64,000 nucleotides of DNA, taken from contig CM102287.1 in the NCBI GenBank assembly GCA_046563655.1, positions 6,200,001 to 6,264,000 on the forward strand, given 5' to 3'. The notes below the pieces were generated by a model. It worked only from the letters and a program-made list of their open reading frames with translations, was not told the DNA's origin and did no database searches. This document shows positions 1 to 11,301 of the stretch, one piece after another. The position numbers and the translations under genes were made by a program. The DNA comes from Yuukianura sp. NJ FZ-2021. Taxonomy: Eukaryota. Position 1 is the stretch's first letter. Each line of letters opens with the position of its first letter.

Positions 1-884
1 TCACGTTCACATAACGATATACAATGTAGTGATTGGTTGCAATGCAAGAAATGTAAAGTAGAAGTCAGTTGGCTTCTGAGTTGAATTCTTATCCAGACGA
101 CCTTGTGTCAAAGTTGCAACTAAAGATTGATGTCAAACCTGTTTCGGAACACTGTCGCTACTGGAAAGTAGCCAAATTTATTCAGTTGTTCAGCTAATTT
201 TAGACATACATATGGACTTATTGTGCTGTCAAGATTTTAGGTACTACTTTTAGATTGTATCTTCATGGACTTTTTACAAGCTTTGGAGAATACTTTTTCA
301 CAGCAAACCTGTAGTTAATACGACATGAAAATAATGAAGCTGGGAAATCTAGCTTATTTAATTTTACGCGTTTATTACACTGATTACTTGGTATGACGAA
401 CGTTGTTTAATTTCAGTTGCGTTTTAATTTATAATTCCTAATGAACTGTATTGGTAGTTAGAAGGTAAAAGTTATTAATTCAATTAACGCAGAAAAGAGG
501 ACTAATTAAGTTAAATACAAATTAAGAATTTCTTTCAAAATTGCAAATCCTCAATTTAAACCAAGCCTATCTGTTACTTTAGTGTTAAACCATACAAGTC
601 TAAAATTCTGTGCGTTTTTCGGATAATAAGGTTTATAATTTAAGTACTAATTATAATTCTAATTTACATATAAGAAGTTTTTTCATCTCAGGTATCAGGT
701 AATAAGAACGAATTCATAAGAATATAATTTTAATTCACCGTTGATATTTTTCACTTTACATGTCTGATTTAATATATTATTAAGTAAGCAATAATTAATT
801 CGAAGTGGTTGATTATGAGAACTTTCTCATCATAGACCTAACTTAATTACTACTGTGCCAGCCTGATCGTATCTTCAACAAAAA

Positions 885-2432
885 ACAAGGTAGGGCAATG
901 CTCAAGGGTTGAGCATGGGTCTTCTGGAGGGAGTTGACAATTGATGCGACTTAAACCGGCCTGCCTCAAAACTGTAGAAGAACTGAGAAACCGTTTTCAT
1001 GTAGCGGATGTACCAAAACGTCGCTCAAAATTTTCAGCGCGGATGTGAGGTACTCTTTTGTGCATGAGTTGCACCAAAACTGCATTGGCAATGGCATTTA
1101 AGGTGTGCGGACACCCTGGAAACTGGGGGTCAAAATGCCGCTGTAACACATGAAATGAAAAATGATCTGGGACATCATAGAAAGGTCGTACAGTGACCCA
1201 CAATATATCAAACTTTAGGAAAAGACTTGATCTAGTTTCTCGCTAAAAAAAAATTACAAAGTTTTAGTTCCATCTTATGTAAATATGGAGGTGAAATGTT
1301 TGGGTCCATTTTTTTTACAGTTACAACTAAAATTTTGTAATTTTTTTTTAGCGAGGTACTAGATCAACTCTTTTCCTAAAGTATGATATATTGTGGGTCA
1401 TTGTACGACCTTTCGACGCTGATCCCCACGATTTTTCATTTTCAATATCGCAGTTTCAGAAAACTTATTTACAAAACCCAAACGACGGCAACCGAACTTG
1501 AGTCAGTATTTTGTTTGTTTGAAAGTTCATACTTTTTTGACCATCTTTGCACTGAACGTTTTTCACATGAGTGTTTCTTGTTGTCGATGTCTGCAACTTT
1601 TACTAACTACACAAGTTCGGTTATCGTGGTAACTAAATTTAACAACTGTTGTTAATTAGACGCATAGCACACGTCCTTAAATGCACTAAAATCATGTTCC
1701 AGTTTTGCGCCCCAAAATATTTTTACTAAATTGATGTTCTTAATTTGTTGAGCAGGATGCACATAATGTATTATCGGTGTTGCCGTGGCAATGTACTTAT
1801 TAGCGAAAAGAGCGTGAACCAAATGGCGTCAAAATAATGATATCGAAATTTATCTTTGTGCATCACGCACAAAATTGAACGCTGAGGAGGATGAGTAGAA
1901 TATCCTTTTTTTAAAAATCAAAATCGGTTCAAATACATGCACCATGTGTTAAATCAAGTGCATAAGTAATAGAGTCGAATATAGCTTGTTAAAATCAAAA
2001 TTATAAAAATTTCTAGTAACTGCAACTTTGACCCCTGTTATGCACTATTCACATGCTAAATATTTGAGCCGGATTTTCTACCCTCTGATCGGTGTTAATT
2101 TAACAACGTAATTAAACATACTGCCAGAAAATGACCAGATCAAAACTCCGTTGTTTATAAATATTTTGAGTGCAATCGAAACTAAAACAGTTTTGCGGAG
2201 CCACGATACTGCGGGTACGTAAAGTAGCCGCCAACATTTACGTTGTTAATTTAACACTTTGAGTGCAATGTAGAGCTACTGAAAACTCTTGAGCCATACA
2301 TAACCCCCCGACTGCGATGGGGCTAATGTTTCAGTGCAATGAGTCCTAAAAAACGTGACAGACGGACAGACAGACAAAGTCGTATCAATAGTCTTCTTCA
2401 GCACGTCGTAGACGTGCGTCTCCAGAAGACTA
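885..2432 (-). mobile_element. Non-autonomous Helentron (HINE/DINE-1-like element)
   Basis: Sub-terminal inverted repeats gtcttctggag (919-929) and ctccagaagac (2420-2430). Hairpin at the 5' end (2389-2432, tagtcttct...gcacgtc-gta-gacgtgc...agaagacta). GTCY microsatellite (gacagacggacagacagac, 2357-2375 on +). Perfect 3' hairpin atgctcaa-ggg-ttgagcat (898-916). Both ends sit in T-runs on the minus strand. Confidence 0.8.
1141..1453. repeat. Foldback/MITE-like long inverted repeat nested in the Helentron
   Basis: About 130-bp imperfect arms, 1141-1269 and 1326-1453 (e.g. gaaaggtcgtacagtgacccacaatatatca vs tgatatattgtgggtcattgtacgacctttc), around a ~55-bp spacer. Confidence 0.8.
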
Positions 2433-3480
2433 AAAAACGCAAGACAATTATTTATACGCTTTCAATCAAAACTAATAATTAATTTACACAAAAACGTAAT
2501 TAAAAAATAGTACTTTTATAGCCCTTTAGTGAATGAAATTAATGGTCGAGTAGGGGCCGCTTTCCCGAATTCATAAGACTTCAAAACGGTGACCTTTGAC
2601 CCATTTGCAATTTCCACATTCCTGCGAAATATCCCCGACCATTCTACTTCTATACGGTAGAATAATAAGTAGCGACAAAGTCTAAGCGTTAGATCCGTAA
2701 TAAGCGTTGGCTCCGAAGCGTAAGCCAAAATTACCGAATTCAGACATTTAGTTGCTCTCACTCATTTTCATTCAAGCGATTGAGATACGCTTTAACGATC
2801 CTCAACCCTCGTTGTTGGTCCCGCAATAGAGGCACTTTGTTACTGGCTGGCTGCACTATACGGCAACTCGTGTTTGCCTCTATAATGTTTTGGTAGCTGT
2901 AGTGGAAAGCGTCATGTGTAGCCACCCAATTACCGCCACCAGCTGAAATGATTTACAATGTGTAGGTACAATGACCTTCATCAAGCCGTACGCCAACCAA
3001 CATAAAACCTAACCTAAAATAAAAAGCTACTTTTCAAATTTTTTCAAATTTTTTTCAAATTGAGTTGATTTGGGAGGGTTCCGTTGAATTCATAAGGTAA
3101 ATCCAATCAAAACAGTACCTGGTTCAAGTTCACACAAAATCCAACCGGAAATTGACAAGGTTTGAGTTTGAGTTGATCTAGGTTAACAACCTGGACGAAC
3201 AACAGGAGACTCCACTTCATCAATCATGGCTGATATTGTAAGTTTATTTTCTGGGTATAAATAGTAAAAGTAAAAGTAAAACCACATTGTCTTATTTTAC
3301 ATAGAGAAGTTTGTGCGATTGACATGGAGATGAACATGAACATCATGATCTCTATGATCTCTTCAGAAGATCCTCTTCTGAGTCTGAGGAGAAAGTATAA
3401 TTAATGGAAAAAGCACATATTAAATGTACTAGTGTTATGTCATTGTTAATTTCTAGGGTGCTGGATGTGCTGGAAGGTCA

Positions 3481-4335
3481 ATGAACTGTGCTGAGGCTGA
3501 TGGCCTATTCTGCGACGTCTGTGGAAATACCTTCTTATCGAAACAGAGTCTGAGTCACCATATGATGCGGCATCTTGGGACACTACCGTACAGTTGCCAT
3601 TTGTGCAACTATCAAGGAGTCCGAATTGGACGTCTCAAGCAACACATCACAAAGCATCACGGTGAACATGAACTTAAAAACGCACTAACTACGCCTAGCG
3701 TGAAGCCGAATACTATGTCCCACAAAATACGGTCCAGTCAGTTACTGAGTTGTCCGACTTGTAACAAAACTTCGACTTCAAAACAAGCGCTGAAGAATCA
3801 TATGAAACAGCATTCTGGAGAGAAGACATTTTCCTGCCAGCATTGTAATTTTGCAACGATTCAAAAAGTTCATTTGGATTCGCACATCCTAAGGCGTCAT
3901 GCTGCAAGACATGAATTAGATGGGAAGATCGCTTGCACAAAATGTCCACGGATTCTGAGTAACCCCGAAAGCCTCAAGTATCACATGCTTGTGCATGAAA
4001 ATAGTAAGCCGTATCCTTGCGATTTTTGTTCGGAAGCGTTTCGGACTCAAAAATTTCTGACTCGACATCAGACACGGAAACATCCTGGGAAAGAGTCCGG
4101 AGCCAGATCAGTTTCCACTCCATCCAATTACTACACTCCAGTTAAGTGTTCCATTTGTACGAAAACTCTGAGTAATCAGTATTCTTATAAGAATCACATG
4201 ACTCGCCATGCTCGTTCCTTGCAGTGTCACATGTGTAACGAAACGTTTTCTCAAAAGCGTTCCTACACAATTCATTTGAAAAAGCATGGACAGGACACAG
4301 ATGCTGTCCAACAAGAACCTATACTTGGCATTTGA
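3481..4335 (+). CDS. Multi-C2H2 zinc-finger protein (~8 fingers)
   Basis: 284-aa ORF with repeated CxxC-x12-HxxxH motifs and linkers such as HSGEKTFSC and HENSKPYPC. Probable upstream exons at 3226-3237, 3305-3394 and from 3457. Confidence 0.92.
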   Translation: MNCAEADGLFCDVCGNTFLSKQSLSHHMMRHLGTLPYSCHLCNYQGVRIGRLKQHITKHHGEHELKNALTTPSVKPNTMSHKIRSSQLLSCPTCNKTSTSKQALKNHMKQHSGEKTFSCQHCNFATIQKVHLDSHILRRHAARHELDGKIACTKCPRILSNPESLKYHMLVHENSKPYPCDFCSEAFRTQKFLTRHQTRKHPGKESGARSVSTPSNYYTPVKCSICTKTLSNQYSYKNHMTRHARSLQCHMCNETFSQKRSYTIHLKKHGQDTDAVQQEPILGI

Positions 4336-4691
4336 ATTAGCTTTCCTCCAAAAAAATCAACGCTACGAGTTAAGATGCTAATAGCTCGTTTTTTACGAAC
4401 ATTAAGTTAATTTTATATTTTTTTAAAGCATTTATCTTTAGTGTTTACTGTAAATAATAATTCATTGTTTTTACTTTTTAATTTTCTCTTGTCTAATACG
4501 GTTTCCTTTCAGTTTCAAGCACAATACTTTGGGGAGATGCGATGCAATGCAACTAATTAGACAAAATTAATTGTTGTAATTAAAAGTAATTAAGCAGAAG
4601 TAAGTGTCTTTTGATGGCATTTAAAAGCGCAACGTTGATAAATTAGTTGCTTAACTTTTTCCCAAAATAAAACTTTCCGTGTTTTACCAAG

Positions 4692-4997
4692 ATGCATTTC
4701 AAATACGTTTTTCTTATTCTTTTTCTGTTCACCGTAGTATCGGTAAGAAAATCTTTCAAATTTACTCCACATTGAGTTTTATTTTTGAGAATTTTTGTTC
4801 AAAACAAAAAGTTCCAGGAAGGAGCTGGGCAAGGGCAACACGACATAAACGGATTGGGAAAAGAAGGAGATCCGTGTACATCCAGTCGAGACTGTGCATT
4901 TTGTTATGGATGTTTCGGAGGCGGAAGTACTTGCACAGTATTAACTATTACAAATCATCCAACTTGTGTAAAGGAAAGAGAGCGTGTTGGCAAATAA
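4692..4997 (+). CDS. Small secreted 6-cysteine peptide (76 aa, two exons: 4692-4742, 4818-4997)
   Basis: Exon 1 encodes a signal-peptide-like MHFKYVFLILFLFTVVS, then a GTAAG donor at 4743. A ttccag acceptor ends at 4817, in phase 0. Exon 2 encodes EGAGQGQHDINGLGKEGDPCTSSRDCAFCYGCFGGGSTCTVLTITNHPTCVKERERVGK*. AATAAA signals at and just after the stop. Confidence 0.75.
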
Positions 4998-5932
4998 AAC
5001 TAACACAACACAATAAAAAAAAACTGCAAGGCGAAGTAAACTTGGGTGACCAAATTATACCCAACCAACCAAATTTTAACCCTGTAATTGTACCCACCCA
5101 TTCTAGACTTCGGATGGGATACAATGATTATTTTAAATTCACCGCGCTTAAAACTCGTTTCGCCTCATCCCAAACGCGCTTCAATTGGGGTGCGCGCTTC
5201 TATTAGGAACCGCGCTTTAAATAGGACATTTACGGTAGTACGGATAATTTGAACTGCTGCGGTGGGTACAGTCCGACCGCCCAAGTTTAATTCAACCAGA
5301 AGCCCAAAACGAAACTGAATTGAATTTAGCATATTGCTTTCGAGTTTTCAATTTTAGTCAAAAAAAAAACTACGACTCAATCTCAACTTCTTAACGACAG
5401 TAAGCAAATATCGCTAACCTAAAACTTGAAAAAAATGGCTAAAGTGTTAGACTACATACAGGAAACAGGAATAAAAATGAATGGTTGGCAAAAATTTTGC
5501 GTCAACATTTCCATAGTTTGAGTAATAACTAATAATAGTAAAATTGATTTACATATACATAAGTACGATCGTTTTTATTTTATTTTTTGCGATATTCGGA
5601 ATTGAGAAAAAAAAGTTAAAAAAAAAAGTTTTCCGAAAAGTTTGCCTCAAAGTTAAAACTCATTTTGTGGTTTCGAACATAAATTACTAATGCGTAATAG
5701 TTAGCTAAAAATAAAAATGCTTCCGGTAACTTAATTTAAACTAGAACAGCAGGGGTTGTGTGCATCAAAGACGAGATTCTAAAATTCTAGCGTGGCATGA
5801 CGTTGAAAACGGGTTAATTAAAAAAAAAGTTTGGAATGGTTTGGCTTAAAATTCTAGTCTTGAAGGATCCAAATAAAGACAAGACTAGCGACAAATTAAA
5901 ACTCAGGAAATGCCAAAAACTCCGTTCGTTGA

Positions 5933-8399
5933 TTAGCAATTGGCGGTTTCGCTACGCGAAGCATGTCTACTTCTGATTTTGCTCTTCTTGGAATGAAAAC
6001 TCCAGAACTTATCTCCAGCGCCAAAATTTGATGCTTCCTCCAACGTTTCTGGCAAATGTTTTCCAAGCGTCTCCGGTAGAATTGAGGAAGACACGCATCC
6101 AATCAGAGAAATTATCATCATGAAGAAGAATGGAGCACCAAAGTAAAATTTTCTCTACACAATCAACAAAATATCGTAAATTAATGAAATTCAAATTGAT
6201 TATGTTCTGAAATTTTTTTTTTGGCAATTACAGTGTACACAACTGACGCATCAAGAAGTGAAGCAAACGATGAGATTGTTGTACAAAGGGCGCTTCCTGT
6301 GGCCCGTAGTGGAGTTGGAAACAATTCCGCTGTTTGAACAAACTCGACGTATTGTAAGATAGATACAGCAAACCTTACGTAGAATTTGAATATTGAATAT
6401 ATAGTTTGAGACACTTTCGACACTAGAGAACTACGAAATATTCCAATTTCACTTACGTGGCTAGGACCGAAGCCGTAGTTCGTATGATTTGCATGTCATC
6501 GGGAACGAATCCTCCCAACAAGCAAATTCCTGCTAGTATAAATCCACCAAAAACGGGTAGCCATCTTCTTCCTATGCTTTCAATCAGATATCCTGCTAAT
6601 ACTGTTCCAGGTAATTGAGAAATGGCCATCAGAAAAAAGTTAACAAATTGATTCCCACTTAAGTAGACTGAGTTTAAAGTAAGCTGATCCGTGACCATTG
6701 CACTTGCTGCTCTGTACATTGGATTACAATTTCAAATTTCAAGCAATTGAATATTACTTGTCAATCTCTAAAGTTTTTATACTTTTGTCTTACCTGGAAG
6801 TTGCAATACAACAAGTGATCAATGCAAGACGTTTGGTGCTAAACAAAGAACATACTCCGAGACGTTTATTTTCATCTTCTTGGTCCAAAGTTTCTAAGGC
6901 ACGCAATCTACTTCCCAGATCAATTCCTTCTAAAGATCTGCCATTCCTTTTGGCAATTCCCCGAACAATTAGTTCTGCTTCGTGAAACCGTCCAGTTGTT
7001 ATGAGCCATCTTGGTGATTCGGGAATACACGGAAATAGAAAGAAAAGTAGAAATACTGGCAGTGTCAATGAAAGACTTAGGGTAAACCAGTTTCTTGTAT
7101 AGTAGGCCACCAATCTGTAATCAAAGAGCACAGAATAATTGTTGGTATTTGATTAGGAAATATAATTAAAAAACAAAAGCTTTATGCAGTGGTTTGTTTG
7201 CAAGTAGCGTCGAACTAATTACGTTACAAATTAAGTGCTAATAGTTACGGTAAAAAACCCGTTCCAAGCACCCAAGCTACCCAATTGACTGCGTAGGTCC
7301 ATGCACGGTAATCTAAAAAATTAATCATCGCAATTGTATAGCTTAAGCGCACCGTAGTATCCAATTTATGTAGTGACGTAAACTCGAAGTATGAAGCGTC
7401 TTACCACTCGCAGACAATTCAGCCATCAAAAGTGGTGGAAGAGAGTAGGCCATTGGGAATCCGGCAGCAGAAAGGAATGTTACGGCAAGGTAGAGCTGGT
7501 AATACTGTGTAATGAATGGATTAATTGTTGCAAATGTTATGTACATCACAAAAGACCAGAATAGGATCGGTTTCCGTCCAAATCTACACAAAAGTTGTCC
7601 ACAAACGAAAGTCAAAAGGTCACATTTGCAAGACATGTGAATTAATATTCCCCAAGACTGAGGTCAATTTCAGTCTTACTTATCTGTTAGTTGTCCGAAA
7701 ATTATATTGCCGATGAGGAATCCTACCGCCGAAGACGTAAAGGCTGTTGTTGCATAAAAATCGCGATCACAAACCCATACATTGTCCGTAGCAATCGTTC
7801 TGTCGAAATCCTTTTTATCAAAAATCCATCCATATTGACATGGAATCTCAGCGCGGCTGAAGTCATCTGTGTAATTGTACATTGTGCACGAGCTAAAGGT
7901 TACACCCTCGCTGCAGTTTGATTTTCTACAGAACAGAATCACAAACAATTATCATACTTGCTGACAAGTAAAAAGGTATATATTCGAATTCAATTTTAAA
8001 ATCACATTGGAATGTATTTCTGCTTCCATTTCTGTAGCTGTCCGTCATCCATAGGTCCTTCATTAGGATTGGGGCGACAGAAATGGTTCGGCACAAACAT
8101 GGTAAAAATATTTGTGTAAGAAACTGCGGCCAACATAAAGGTGAGAGGTACAATACAGCCATAAAGTACAGTCTTCTGGTACCATCCTTTCGAGCCTGCC
8201 AACTCCAGAATGTCGTCGAAGTCTTCTTCCGCAGCGCCCTCTGACGGCTAGAGTAAAAAAAAAAACATTCCTTTGATTTTTCAACAATAATGTAATTTCA
8301 TAATGTTCTCACACTCTCTGCATCAGCTAAAAGCGGGGTTGTTTCTGATAGAACACTCCTTCTGACTATGGGTTCCGGTGGCTCTCGTGATGGAGTCAT
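5933..8399 (-). CDS. SLC22 / organic cation transporter-like MFS protein (multi-exon)
   Basis: Exon fragments carry SLC22 motifs: FDDILELAG..GWYQ, CQYGWIFD..TIATDNVWVCD, D(K/R)FGRKP, PESPRWL, GRR, AELFPTPLRATG, LPETLGKHLPETLEE. ATG at 8399 splices in phase 0 into the next exon. Confidence 0.92.
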
Positions 8400-9750
8400 T
8401 CCTTCAGCTCGCAATTGTAAGCTAATCGATGCACAAACACTAAGCCGGTTCCGGGGTCGTTATAAGATCCAGTGATTTCGGCAGCGACAGGAGAACAGGA
8501 ACGTTGCAATAGAAAAATCAATAAAAAATAACACGAAATGAATGTCCTTGCGAGAGAGAATTTACTTTAAGATTAGAAAATTCTCTTCAAATCTTGTTTT
8601 GTTTGATTGCACGTTAATGCAATATAACTGTTTTGTTAACTTGTTGTAAAAACCCCCTTCTGAATCTGTCAAGTTTCAACGTTGTAATCTGTATTTCTCG
8701 ACGTCTTGAGTCTTCTCTTAACCAATTTCCACCCTCTCTGCCTCTTCCTGTTGTTATCCGGTTTTGCTGAAAATGTAAATGCCCTCATGAGTCATGACCT
8801 CGATTTGTGCAGTATTCAATATCCTCGGTTTCATTTTAGCAGTCGATTCAACAACAACAAGAACAAATGACTTCACTTTTCACTTGACAAGAGATAAAAA
8901 TGCTTGTGTCGATGTTAATAGTACATTTACATGCAAATAAATTCGCAAATTCTATGTTCTACGTCTCGTCTCTCGAATCCATCGCAGTATTAATTTTGAT
9001 TTTGCAACTTGCAATTTCATACAACGTAGTATTCCACTACGACACTACACCGCAAAAAAAAACCTAACAAGAATGGACGCAAGGAGAAGAAGCACCTTCA
9101 AATTTGCAAAACAACGACATGCAAAAAACGCCACAAATCTTATTTTGCGGCATGTTTTTTTCTTCCAATTTAATCTGTAACTTAATGTATTCAAAATGAA
9201 TACTGTCAAAAATGTTATACTGCTTCCTCCAAAAAACAACCTGCGTCTATTATTTAGTGGGAACCTGTATTTTCGCAAACATTGGAATACTTTTCAGTAA
9301 ATATGATAATTTAAATGTTTAGTACTGTAGCTTTCTGCATATTGTTTCTATTAAGCTTGAAAAAGTAAATGGTTTCATTCAGGCAAAATTTTTGCTAATT
9401 TTCTGCCCCCCCCCCCTCACTTCTACTAAACATTGTTGGGTTAAATTCTAAGATTTTTATTTTATTTCAAATTTCTTTTCTGTTCATTAATTCGAATCTC
9501 AAAACGAATTCATTTAATTCTAAATTAGAATTATAGAATACTATTATCGTAGTACTTATTATTTAACATGCTAAAATGTCTTTCTATTTTCAGATGAAGT
9601 ACAATAAACATATTTCCCAATCCAGCATGAAAATTTCATGTTTGTTTTGACTGTTCACTTGTGACCTTAACCTATTAATTTTCATTTTACTACTTTTCAA
9701 TCGTGAATTTAGGTTTCAGAGAATCCCACTGTTTCGCACTTGAGATGAAT

Positions 9751-11301
9751 CTACCAAAGACGCAAGTGCGGAATTGGTAGAGCACTGACAACGTTGTTAG
9801 CAGCACCGGTAGCCATTCCTAACACTGGTCCTACCGTTTCCGCTACAACTGGCGCCACGGCATTTGCAACATCAACTGGCGCCGACAACGGAAGTAGTTT
9901 CATGGCTTGACCTAACACATTGTTCTGACTTTCAGCCTCCTCTCTAGCAATGATCTCCATCTTTGAATTCTTATAACCATCTCCCAACTTTTCTTCAAGG
10001 GTTGGGTTGCATTCAAAAACGTGTTTAAAAAAGTTAAGATGCTTCCTCACATCCACACCTTCCTTAAAATCCAATTGTCGACGCGCATCATCCAAAGTGT
10101 ATGACTTAAAAAATGCGTCGCAAACATTGTCGTTATCTCCGTCCACAATGTCGCTCCAGGGAATGCTGTTTCCGATTGCATGCTGTTGACTGATGTAAAG
10201 CAGCATGTGCAGTTCGTCTTTCGAAAAAAAGGCTCCTCTGACCTTAAAAGCATTCGACTCTTCTGTCTGCGGATGCTGCTGCACTAATTGTTGAATCAAA
10301 TTACTCGGCCAATACAGAACTTTCCGAACGTCAACGTGACCTATGTCCCTGCCTTTGTTTTGCCAAAAATTAACAATGACACCTATTGAATGCCCGGTGA
10401 CTCCCTTCATCGCAAATTGTTGCCCAACATGGTCATTACATGCATTGATAGGGCTTGGGATCTCGGCCAGAAAATTCGTAATGTCCAAGTGCCGTGTAAT
10501 ATTTGCTTCTATCCATTGAGCATGCTCTGGAAGCAGAGTTTTTGCTGCAAGTGCCCCTACATCCGCTACCAACATAAGCCCACCCAGTATTTGAATGGCA
10601 AACTTTTCAATAAAGTTGGAAGCGCCAGGACTTTCAAAAACTGTACAATGAACAACAGACGGTGACCTGTCTGGTAGCCCATCGTCTTCTACGCGTGCTC
10701 TCCATGTGACATCAAGGTTCCAGTCAGCAACGTCGCATATTGCTTCCAACATCTTGGCTCTATATTGTGGGCATTCTACAAAAAATGTGCTCGTCTGAGA
10801 CAGCCAACCACCCAAGGAATGCCCCGTGATAAACACTGCAGAGGCGCACTTTTGAAAAGCGTCCAACATTTCCTTGGTGTATCGAAAAGCGGTTCGAATT
10901 TGAGGAGCAAATTGGTCAAGTACGACAGATATTACATCTGTGATCAAGGATCCGACGTTAGCCACATTAGTTCCACGATGAGCAATGACCAAAATCTTTG
11001 TTTTTGTATTGAAGTAGGTTGCTCCATAGTAGCCGTTAACTGGATTGAACAGTCCACCGGCACGAACAGTTGTGAGGAGAATCCAGTCTTCCGAAATACA
11101 TTCCAGCTTCAAGTCGTCGTCAGATGAGTGACTAAGATCTGAAACGAGGGTGGAGTCCTTGTTGTCATCGTACACGGCACAAGCGAGGTAGGCCAAATCC
11201 TTGATTTCTGGAAAGTAGGAAGCTGTATTGTAGTCTTCAAATGTTGTTCTATACGGCTTCAACACGTAAATCCCAGTTGGTTCAGCTCTCTTCTGAACCA
11301 T
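9751..11301 (-). CDS. Class-3 lipase (Lipase_3, alpha/beta hydrolase), intronless CDS
   Basis: 516-aa ORF with VIAHRGT, nucleophile motif GHSLGG, and downstream FESPG and GHS motifs. A splice acceptor just before the ATG suggests a 5'UTR intron. Confidence 0.85.
   Translation of the reverse strand: MVQKRAEPTGIYVLKPYRTTFEDYNTASYFPEIKDLAYLACAVYDDNKDSTLVSDLSHSSDDDLKLECISEDWILLTTVRAGGLFNPVNGYYGATYFNTKTKILVIAHRGTNVANVGSLITDVISVVLDQFAPQIRTAFRYTKEMLDAFQKCASAVFITGHSLGGWLSQTSTFFVECPQYRAKMLEAICDVADWNLDVTWRARVEDDGLPDRSPSVVHCTVFESPGASNFIEKFAIQILGGLMLVADVGALAAKTLLPEHAQWIEANITRHLDITNFLAEIPSPINACNDHVGQQFAMKGVTGHSIGVIVNFWQNKGRDIGHVDVRKVLYWPSNLIQQLVQQHPQTEESNAFKVRGAFFSKDELHMLLYISQQHAIGNSIPWSDIVDGDNDNVCDAFFKSYTLDDARRQLDFKEGVDVRKHLNFFKHVFECNPTLEEKLGDGYKNSKMEIIAREEAESQNNVLGQAMKLLPLSAPVDVANAVAPVVAETVGPVLGMATGAANNVVSALPIPHLRLW

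Noticed and set aside
5140..5240. Possible pogo/Tigger-like transposon end (...aaataggacatttacggta)
   Set aside because: No matching opposite terminus seen in the window.
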